Assembly: GCA_045863235.1 (NCBI GenBank)
Contig: BTUM01000045.1
Span: 1 to 64,000, forward strand
DNA: 64,000 nt
Direction of reading: 5' to 3'
Source: Candidatus Xenobia bacterium
Lineage (GTDB): Bacteria; Vulcanimicrobiota; Xenobia; Xenobiales; QWHO01
The position numbers and the translations under genes were made by a program. Numbering within the stretch: the stretch's first letter is position 1; each line of letters starts with the position of its first letter. The notes beneath the pieces are model-generated. The model was not told where the DNA came from and did not search any database. It worked only from the letters and a program-made list of their open reading frames with translations. Positions 37,918 through 46,400 of this stretch are shown piece by piece.

Positions 37918-40470
37918 ATGAAAACCGTGTTACGGAAACTGACCGGCCTCGGGCGCTACGCGATGTTCGTAGCCCTGATGACCTTGATCCAGCTGCCCGC
38001 CTGGGCCAGCGAAACCGACATTAAAGTCCCTGGGGAGCTCAAGACCCAGACCTTCGAAAGCCTGGGCGGCATGAGCGGCCAGCTGCTGCTGATGATCGGC
38101 ATCGGCGTGTGCCTGATCGGAATGGCCTTCTCGCTGATGCAGGCCAAGGCCATCAAAGAGATGCAGGTGCATCAGTCGATGGCCGAGATGTCCGAGCTGA
38201 TCTACGCCACCTGCCGCGCCTATCTGACCCAGCAGGGCCGCTTCCTGGTCATCCTGGAAGTGATGATCGGCATCTGCATCATCTACTACTTCGGCTTCCT
38301 GCGCCATCTTGGCGCGGGACAGGTGGCCGTGATCTTGTTCTCCTCGGTGGTCGGCATCCTGGGCTCCTACGCGGTGGCCTGGTTCGGCATCCGGATCAAC
38401 ACCTGGGCCAACTCGCGCACCGCTTTCGGCTCGCTCAAGGGCAAGCCGTTCCCCTGCTACGCCATCCCGCTCCAGGCGGGCATGAGCATCGGCCTGATGC
38501 TGATCTGCGTCGAGCTTCTGGTGATGCTCGTCATCTTGCTCTTCATCCCGGGTGAGTGGGCCGGCCCCTGCTTCATCGGCTTTGCCATCGGCGAGTCGCT
38601 GGGCGCCTCGGCGCTCAGAATCTGCGGCGGTATCTTCACCAAGATCGCCGACATCGGCGCCGACCTGATGAAAATCGTGTTCAACATCAAGGAAGATGAC
38701 GCCCGCAACCCGGGCGTCATCGCCGACTGTACCGGCGACAACGCCGGCGACTCGGTGGGCCCCACTGCCGACGGTTTCGAGACCTACGGCGTCACCGGCG
38801 TGGCCCTCATCGTCTTCATCACCCTGGCGGTGGGCAGCATCCCCCTCCAGGCCACTTTGCTGGTGTGGATCTTCGTGATGCGCGTGCTGATGGTCATCAC
38901 CTCGATGGCCTCCTACACGATCAACGACGTGATGGCCAAAGGCAAGTACCAGAACGCCGACAAGATGGACTTCGAGGCGCCCCTGACCAACCTGGTGTGG
39001 CTGACCTCGGCCGTCTCCATCGCCGTCACCTTCATCGTCAGCAAGCTGATGCTGGGCAACCTCGCCGTCGACCCCGAGCTGTGGTGGAAGCTCTCCATCA
39101 TCATCTCCTGCGGCACCCTGTCGGCCGCCATCATCCCCGAACTGACCAAGATCTTCACCAGCGCCAAGTCGGCCCACGTGGCCGAGATCGTCGACTCGAG
39201 CAAAGAGGGCGGCGCCTCGCTGACCATCCTGTCGGGCATGGTGGCGGGCAACTTCAGCGCCTTCTGGATGGGCCTGACGATGATGTTCCTGATGGCCATC
39301 GCCTACTTCACCTCGCTCGGTCTCTCCCCCGAGATGATCAAGTTCGCGCCGGTGTTCGCCTTCGGCCTGGTGGCCTTCGGCATGCTGGGCATGGGCCCCG
39401 TGACGATCGCCGTCGACAGCTACGGCCCGGTGACCGACAACGCCCAGTCCATCTACGAGCTTTCGCTCATCGAGACCATTCCTGACGTCGAGAACGAGCT
39501 CCAGAAGGACTACGGCTTCAAGCCCGAGTTCGTCCAGGCCAAGCACTTCCTGGAAGAAAATGACGGCGCCGGCAACACCTTCAAGGCCACTGCCAAGCCG
39601 GTGCTGATCGGCACCGCGGTCGTGGGCGCCACCACGATGATCTTCTCGATCATCCTCCTGCTCACTCAGGGTGGCACCACCGGCATGGAGAAGCTGGCCC
39701 TGGTCGACCCGATGATCTTGCTCGGCCTGATGACGGGCGGCGCGGTCATCTACTGGTTCTGCGGCGCTTCGATGCAGGCCGTGACGACCGGCGCCTATCG
39801 GGCCGTGGAGTACATCAAGGCCAACATCAAGCTGGAGGGCTCCACCAAAGCCTCGGTGGAGGACAGCACCAACGTGGTGCGCATCTGCACCGTCTACGCC
39901 CAGGCGGGCATGTGGAACATCTTCTTTGCGGTGCTCACCCTGACGCTGGCCTTCGCCTTCTTCGACCCCTACTTCTTCGTGGCGTACCTGGTCTCGATCG
40001 CGCTCTTCGGCCTGTATCAAGCCATCTACATGGCCAACGCCGGCGGCTCGTGGGACAACGCCAAGAAGGTGGTGGAAGTCGAGCTGCACGCCAAGAACAC
40101 GCCTTTGCATGAGGCCACCATCGTGGGCGACACCGTGGGTGACCCCTACAAGGATACCTCCTCGGTAGCCCTCAACCCGATCATCAAGTTCACCACGCTG
40201 TTCGGGCTGCTGGCCGTGGAGATCGCCCTGGAGATGACCGCAGGTCCCAAGATGGGCCTGGCCATCTTCTTCCTGGCGGTGGGTCTGTTCTTCGTCTGGC
40301 GCTCGTTCTACGGAATGCGCATCCACGCCGGCGGCTCGGGCGGATTCCGAGGCCAGATGGCCCAGGCCGAGGCCGCTGCCAGAGCGGCTGCTCCTGCCGA
40401 GAAGCCGGCCCCCGCGCCGGCTGTCGAGGAGAAGACCGCCGAGCCGGCCTCCAGCGAGGCAAGCTCCTAA
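37918..40470 (+). CDS. hppA: Membrane-bound pyrophosphatase, predicted K+-independent H+-pump
   Basis: GGIFTKIADIGADL, EDDARNP, DNAGD, DSYGPVTDNA, GNTFKA, GGSWDNAKK, GDTVGDPYKDT. Confidence 0.93.
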   Translation: MKTVLRKLTGLGRYAMFVALMTLIQLPAWASETDIKVPGELKTQTFESLGGMSGQLLLMIGIGVCLIGMAFSLMQAKAIKEMQVHQSMAEMSELIYATCRAYLTQQGRFLVILEVMIGICIIYYFGFLRHLGAGQVAVILFSSVVGILGSYAVAWFGIRINTWANSRTAFGSLKGKPFPCYAIPLQAGMSIGLMLICVELLVMLVILLFIPGEWAGPCFIGFAIGESLGASALRICGGIFTKIADIGADLMKIVFNIKEDDARNPGVIADCTGDNAGDSVGPTADGFETYGVTGVALIVFITLAVGSIPLQATLLVWIFVMRVLMVITSMASYTINDVMAKGKYQNADKMDFEAPLTNLVWLTSAVSIAVTFIVSKLMLGNLAVDPELWWKLSIIISCGTLSAAIIPELTKIFTSAKSAHVAEIVDSSKEGGASLTILSGMVAGNFSAFWMGLTMMFLMAIAYFTSLGLSPEMIKFAPVFAFGLVAFGMLGMGPVTIAVDSYGPVTDNAQSIYELSLIETIPDVENELQKDYGFKPEFVQAKHFLEENDGAGNTFKATAKPVLIGTAVVGATTMIFSIILLLTQGGTTGMEKLALVDPMILLGLMTGGAVIYWFCGASMQAVTTGAYRAVEYIKANIKLEGSTKASVEDSTNVVRICTVYAQAGMWNIFFAVLTLTLAFAFFDPYFFVAYLVSIALFGLYQAIYMANAGGSWDNAKKVVEVELHAKNTPLHEATIVGDTVGDPYKDTSSVALNPIIKFTTLFGLLAVEIALEMTAGPKMGLAIFFLAVGLFFVWRSFYGMRIHAGGSGGFRGQMAQAEAAARAAAPAEKPAPAPAVEEKTAEPASSEASS

Positions 40471-40509
40471 CCACGGGCACCGCGTTGAGCGGTCACCCGC
40501 CGACCACAG

Positions 40510-40533
40510 AACCCCTGGCGCTCGCCAGGGGTT
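40510..40533 (+). terminator. Terminator-like hairpin after hppA
   Basis: AACCCCTGGCG/CGCCAGGGGTT inverted repeat. Confidence 0.6.
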
Positions 40534-40560
40534 CTCCCACGAAATGAGGTCTTGCATCAC

Positions 40561-41754
40561 GTGAAAAAACCGCTAACCTTCCTGCTGCTGGCTCACTACT
40601 TCAAGGGCGCGCGCCTGATGGACGAGCTGCACCGCCTGGGCTGTAAGGTGGTGCTGCTGGCCGAGGAGTCGGTGCGCCACAAGCCGTGGCCCGACATTCT
40701 GGACGAGCGCTTTTTCATGCCCGACCTGGAGAACGTGACGGCCGTGACCCGGGCGGTGAGCTACCTGGCCCGCAGCCGCAGCTTCGACGGCCTGATCGCC
40801 CTGGACGACTACTCGGTGCAACTGGCCGCCACCCTGCGCGAGCACCTGCGCATCAGCGGCATGGGCGAGACCACGGCCCGCTACTTCCGGGACAAGCTGG
40901 CCATGCGCATGCAGGCGCGCGAGGTGGGCATCAACGAGCCCGAGTTCGTGCACGTGCTCAATCACCACCAGATCCACGAGTTTACCCGGCGAGTCGATCC
41001 GCCCTGGGTGCTCAAGCCGCGCTCCGAGGCCGGCTCGGTCAAGATCAAGAAGTGCCACTCGGAGCTCGAGGTCTGGCAGGCGGTCAGCGAGTTGGGCGAC
41101 GACCACTCCTACTACCTGCTCGAGCAATACGTTCCCGGCCAGGTACTGCACGTGGATTCCATCGTCTACGGCGGCCGCATGCTCTTCGCCCAGCCCCACC
41201 GCTACTGGCGCCCGCCCTTTGACGTGTGGAACAAGGGAGGGGTGTTCCTCTCCCAATCGATGAGCGATCAGGACCCGGTGCTCCACGAGGTGCGCGAGAT
41301 GAACGAGCGAGTCGTCCTGGGCCTGGGCCTGGAGCGAGGCGTCACCCACTCCGAGTTCATCCACGGCCACGATGGACGGCTCTACTTCCTGGAAATGGCT
41401 GCCCGGGTCTGCGGCGCCCACCTGGACATCGAGGTCGAGGCCGCTACCGGCGTCGATTTGTGGCGCGAGTGGGCTCGTCTCGAGACGGCCTACCTGCGCG
41501 GCGAGCCCTACCGGGTGCCCGCTCAGCGCAAGGACCACGCCGGCCTGTTGCTGTGTCTGTCCCGCCAGCAAGCCCCCGACCTGAGCGTCTTCAGTGCGGG
41601 CGAGGTGGTCTGGCGGTTGTCGGAAGACTTTCACGCCGGGCTGGTGCTGGCCTCCCACAGCCACGAGGACGTGACCCGGCTGATGCAAAGCTACCAGGAG
41701 CGGCTCAGCAACGAGGTTCTGGCGGTGGCGCCACCGACCGACAAGCCGATGTAA
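40561..41754 (+). CDS. ATP-grasp domain protein (L-amino acid ligase-like)
   Basis: FRDKLAMR, VLKP, LLEQYV, THSEF, FLEMAAR. Confidence 0.85.
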   Translation: MKKPLTFLLLAHYFKGARLMDELHRLGCKVVLLAEESVRHKPWPDILDERFFMPDLENVTAVTRAVSYLARSRSFDGLIALDDYSVQLAATLREHLRISGMGETTARYFRDKLAMRMQAREVGINEPEFVHVLNHHQIHEFTRRVDPPWVLKPRSEAGSVKIKKCHSELEVWQAVSELGDDHSYYLLEQYVPGQVLHVDSIVYGGRMLFAQPHRYWRPPFDVWNKGGVFLSQSMSDQDPVLHEVREMNERVVLGLGLERGVTHSEFIHGHDGRLYFLEMAARVCGAHLDIEVEAATGVDLWREWARLETAYLRGEPYRVPAQRKDHAGLLLCLSRQQAPDLSVFSAGEVVWRLSEDFHAGLVLASHSHEDVTRLMQSYQERLSNEVLAVAPPTDKPM

Positions 41755-41777
41755 GGCGCGCGTTGCACACCTCAGGA

Positions 41778-42248
41778 ATGAGCGCGGCGTCTACACCCCC
41801 AATTCTCAGCCGGTCAACGCGCGGGAGTGTAGCCTTGTCTCGGCTCCTCATTTCGGCCTCCCTGGTCGCTGCGCTCTGCCTGATGGCGTTCTCGCCGGTC
41901 CGTGCCGAGGTGCGGCGCTACCGGGTGCAACTCGAAATCATGCGCCAGGGCAGCGAGCTGCTCGACCAGCGTGCCTTCTGGGTCCAAGAGCAGGTCCCCC
42001 GGCCCCTCGAGTTGGCGGGCCTGCCGGCGGCCACCAGCGTCACCCTGAGCGTGACCCGCGAGGTGGGCAGCGCCAACCTGATCGTCTACTTCCACGTGGT
42101 GGGGCCATCCACGGCGGCCTACCAGGAGCTGACCAGCCCTCGCCTGGTGCTCGGGCCCGACAGCCAACCCCCGGCTTTCTGCTTCGCGCTGCAGGGCCAG
42201 GTCTACCGGATCAGCGTGACCTCTTTGAAAGTCCAAGTTCTCGAATGA
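41778..42248 (+). CDS. Hypothetical exported protein
   Basis: Signal-peptide-like LISASLVAALCLMAFSPVRA; start uncertain. Confidence 0.5.
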   Translation: MSAASTPPILSRSTRGSVALSRLLISASLVAALCLMAFSPVRAEVRRYRVQLEIMRQGSELLDQRAFWVQEQVPRPLELAGLPAATSVTLSVTREVGSANLIVYFHVVGPSTAAYQELTSPRLVLGPDSQPPAFCFALQGQVYRISVTSLKVQVLE

Positions 42249-42615
42249 GCCTGCGCCACCAGCTCAAAGGCGCGGGGCGTGGCCTCGCGGCGCCGACGAT
42301 GCGCCCGATCCAGCTCGAAACCCAGTCCTCCCAGTCCATCCAGCTGGCCCGTCCCTCGCCGTCCGGCCCGAACAGCTCGGCCCGGCCATCGGCCCAGACC
42401 TCGCTCGATTGCTCGCCCTGGGCCGTCAGGTGGCGGGCCGTGCCCAGCAGTCCGGGGCTCAGCTCGAGCACCCAGCCTGTCCAGTCGCCCCGATGGCGCT
42501 GTCCGAAGCGGCGCAACCGGCCATCTCGGTAGAATTCGGCCGCCAGACCTCGGGCGGCGTAGTTGACGGGCAAGAAGGACGCGTCGATGCGCGCAGCTGA
42601 GCCGAAGGAATCCAT
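42211..42615 (-). CDS. Hypothetical Trp-rich protein
   Basis: SD GGAGG before the ATG. Confidence 0.55.
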   Translation of the reverse strand: MDSFGSAARIDASFLPVNYAARGLAAEFYRDGRLRRFGQRHRGDWTGWVLELSPGLLGTARHLTAQGEQSSEVWADGRAELFGPDGEGRASWMDWEDWVSSWIGRIVGAARPRPAPLSWWRRLIRELGLSKRSR

Positions 42616-42723
42616 TTTGCCTCCGCGATCAGAATCCCCTCGTCCAGACTACCAGCTCGGGGGTTGGAAGATCTGTAAGCGAGATCACGAAGGACGCGCA
42701 CCTCGGCGCGAGAATCTGTTCAG

Positions 42724-43059
42724 GTGAGAAGAAACGCTGCAATGACCCTGCTGGCCCTGCTGCTGCTGAGCGGGCCGGCCCTGGCTGAATCGAGCTACAA
42801 GCTCATCTGGTTTCGAACCGACTGGTGTCCCTGGAGCGCCAAGATGAAGCCCTCGGTGGAGAAGTTCACGGCTGAGCACCGGGTCGAGAGCGTGCAGGTT
42901 AACATCGATCAGACCGACAGCGCGGCTTACAGGCAGTACAGCAAGTACAACCCCAAGTCTGCCGTCCCTTTTCTGGTGCTGCTGGACTCCAAAGGCAAGG
43001 TCGTGCGCAGTTGGGACTGCTACGTGACGCTGGAGGACCTCGAGTCGGCGCTGCGCTGA
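42724..43059 (+). CDS. Exported thioredoxin-fold protein with CxxS site
   Basis: Signal peptide, DWCPWS, VNID, VPFLVLLD. Confidence 0.8.
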   Translation: MRRNAAMTLLALLLLSGPALAESSYKLIWFRTDWCPWSAKMKPSVEKFTAEHRVESVQVNIDQTDSAAYRQYSKYNPKSAVPFLVLLDSKGKVVRSWDCYVTLEDLESALR

Positions 43060-43088
43060 TGTGAGCCGCGCGGCGCCTTACCAGCTCA

Positions 43089-43292
43089 CTAACCCCAGAG
43101 GTGTCCCTGGGAGCACTCGTGAGGCCCCAGGTGGGGGTGCAGCAGGATGCAGCTGCGCTCGCAGCAACAGGCTTGCGGGCAGGTCTCGATGCCCAGCAGC
43201 AAGCTGAGGCTTTCCAGTTCGGCGCTGCGATCCTCTCCCAGCATCGCCCGGGCCAACCCCATGGCCTGACGTCCATCCAACAATTGCGGCAT
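43089..43292 (-). CDS. 67-aa Cys/His-rich protein
   Basis: Upstream AAGGAGG/GGAGGT; CPQACCCERSC..HPH..HEC..GH. Confidence 0.55.
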   Translation of the reverse strand: MPQLLDGRQAMGLARAMLGEDRSAELESLSLLLGIETCPQACCCERSCILLHPHLGPHECSQGHLWG

Positions 43293-43412
43293 GCTCTGCG
43301 TACCTCCGCCTCCTTTCTATTCCTTTTTCCTGGCCGGTTTGTAACCAGTTTGTTGCCGCGCCGCCTTTTCCGGTAGGAGAGCCCGGCCCTGGCTTTGAAT
43401 CATCCCCGGCTT

Positions 43413-46400
43413 ATGTCTTCCGTAACCGACCTCCGCGAGCAGGCCCGTGAGCGCATCCGCCGCCTGTTCGATTATCTGCTCGCCGTCCAACGGCTGAACA
43501 CCCCACCCTGTCTCGATCTCGAGGAGTATCCCTTCCAGCTGCGCCTGGGCGAGCTTCCCGAGCATCCGGCCGTCGAGCTCGGGCCCCTGCCCCTCGACCC
43601 GCGCGAGGAGGCGGAAGACTTCCTGCTGCGCGTGCGCCGTCCCAAGGACGTGCCCTGCCCGCCGCTTCCCGAGGCTCTCGAGGGCTGGGTCAAGCCGGGC
43701 TGGGATCGACTGGACGGAACCGTAACGACTTTCGTGCGCAAGAAGAAGGGCGGCTCCATGGTGCCCTTCGAGGCCGACGAAGCCCGTCCGGAAGCCCTCC
43801 AGGCCTGGCTCAAGAGCCGTAAGGACTGGGAGAAACCGGCCCTGGCCGCCAACGACGTCAACGACCTGTTCGACCGGTTGCTGGAGGTGTGGGGGCGGCT
43901 CGAGCGCGAGTCCGAGACAGTCGAACTGGTGGTCGGTCTCGGCGTGGTGCGCGTCAAGGACGACCAGGGGGTGGCGGACCATCCCCTGGTGTTGCAGAAG
44001 CTCACCCTGGAGTTCGAGGCCGAGCGGGCCGAGTTCACCTTCCGCGAGACCGACCGCGAGCCCGGTCTTTACAGCGCCCTCATGCAGCGCTTCGAGTTCA
44101 CCCCGGACGTATCCCAAGAGTGCCGCCAGATTCTGGGCAACACCGAGGACACCGACCCGCTGGGCAGCCTGCTCGACCGGCTGTGGCCCGGGGTCCGAGT
44201 CACCGCCAAACTGGCAGATCTGGGCCCGGCCAAAGCGAAGGTGCAGCTTTCCCGCGAGCCGGTGCTCTACCTGGGAAGCCGCTCGCTGGGCTTCTCCTCG
44301 GCCATCGAGGCCTTCCTCGAAGCCCTGCCCGGGCTGGAGGTCCTGCCTCCGGCGCTGGTGCGCGTGGTCGGCTTTGACATCGACCTGGAGGGAGACATCG
44401 TCGAGTCCAGGGGCCCATCCACCAGGGTCGATCCGCTCAGCAACGTCGATCCGCTCTACACCATGCCCGCCAATCCCGAGCAAGAGCGTGTTGCGGGCCG
44501 CCTGGCGGCCCACGGCACAGTGCTGGTGCAGGGGCCGCCCGGTACCGGCAAGACCCATACCATCGCCAACCTGGTGGGCCACCTGCTGGCCGAGGGCAAG
44601 AGTCTGCTGGTGACCAGCCACCGGACCAAGGCTTTGCGCGTGGTGCGCGAGATGATCAGCCCCCAGGTGCGGCCTCTTTGCGTCAGCGTGCTCGACAACG
44701 AAAGCGAGAGCCACGAACAGCTCGAGGAAGCCGTCAAGGGCATGGTCAATTTGTTCTCCTCCAGCGACGCCGAAGAGCTCGAGCGCCTGGCCAACACCTA
44801 CGGTGAGCGCCGGATGGACATCAAGAGCCGGCTGGCGGCCGCCGAGCAGCGATTGGTGGAGGCCCGGACGGCCGAATACGAGCCCATCCCCCGACTGGAC
44901 GGCGAGAGCATTCATCCCACCCGAGCCGCTCAGGAGATCGCCGAGGGCCGGGGCCTGCACGACTGGATCCAGGGTCCCGTCCCGCCCGGGGGCTCGCTGC
45001 CCCTCAGCCCCGACGAGATCACCGAACTTTATGCCCTCAACAGCCTGATCACCCCTCAGGACGAGCACGACCTGCAGGGGCGCCTGGCGCCCCTGGAGGA
45101 GGTTCCCTCCGAGCGCCGCTTCAGCTCCGACCTGGAGAGGCGCAAGTTGCTGCAAGAGAAGTCCGAGCGCTTCGAAGCGGGCCTCTGGTCCGGCTCGGAC
45201 CAGGACCTGGAGGGCCTCAGGCGCCTGCGCGAGGCGATTCAGGCTGCGCTGGGCCCGCTGGCGGATGCCGACGTGCTGCAGCGAGAGGTCATCCGGGCCG
45301 GCCTGGCCGGGGGCGAGCATCGCCAATCGTGGCAGGACCTGGTGGACGTCATCAAGACGGCTCGCACGGAGATTGGCGCGCTCGAGCGCCAGGTGCTGGC
45401 GGTGGGGCCCACCCTGCAATCGGACATGCCCCTGGCCGCGCAGGCGACCGCTTGCGCCGAGATCGTGGCCCACCTGCGGGCCGGTAAGTCCATCACCGGC
45501 ATCGAGCTGTTCACCAAGGGCAACTGGAAGAAGCTGCTGGCCGGCATTCGAGTGGGAGGCGGAGCCCCCAAGACGGCCGACGACATGGAGGCCGTGGGAG
45601 CCCTCATCGCCATGGCCCAGAAGCGCGAGCAGCTCAAGGCCCGCTGGGATCGCCAGGTGGGCCGCTGGCTCTCCATGAGCGAGGGCACCGCCAGCGTGCC
45701 CACCGCCGCCGAGCTGGGGGAGCGCCCCGAGGATACCTGCGCCCAACACGTGGCCCGAGTCCTCAAGAGCCTCAACTGGACCGAGACCTGGGCCGAGTGC
45801 AAGAAGGCCATGGCCGAGACGGGGCTGCGCTGGGAGATCGTGGAAGAGCGCGTGCCCCCCAACTCGGCCCCTCAGGGCGACATCCTGCGCCTGCGGGACA
45901 CGCTCAAGGACCACCTCGAGCCGGTGGTCGAGGCGCGCACCGCCTGGGTCGAGTGCCGCCTGCTCGACAAGCAGCGCGAGGACCTGCTCACGCTGCTCGA
46001 CGTGCCCGAGCAAGAGGACCACGGCAAGGTGGTGGCCCGCCTGCGCGAGGCGGTGCAGGCCAAAGACCCCGAGCGCTACGGCGAGGCCTGGAACCGGCTG
46101 GTGGTGCTGCACCAACAGAAGGCCCACAAGCTGCGCCGCGACGCCTACCTCGAGCGCCTCAAGCAGAAGGCTCCGGGCTGGGCCGAGGCGGTCTTCGAGC
46201 GGACCCCGCCCCACAACCAGCCAAAGCCTCCCGGCGACCCCGAGGTGGCCTGGCAGCACCGACAGTGGGCTCAGTTGCTCGACAGCTTCGCCGAGCAGAA
46301 CCTCGACGATCTCCAGCAGGAGATCATGCGGCTGCGCCAGCAACTGCAGGACGCCACCGCCAGCTTCGTGGAGAACCTGACCTGGTCGGCCCAGTTGCGC

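Noticed and set aside
40561..41754. Part of the EK/graspetide-like system
   Set aside because: Different ATP-grasp subfamily (LEMAAR rather than EVNP), about 18 kb away, with no adjacent precursor.
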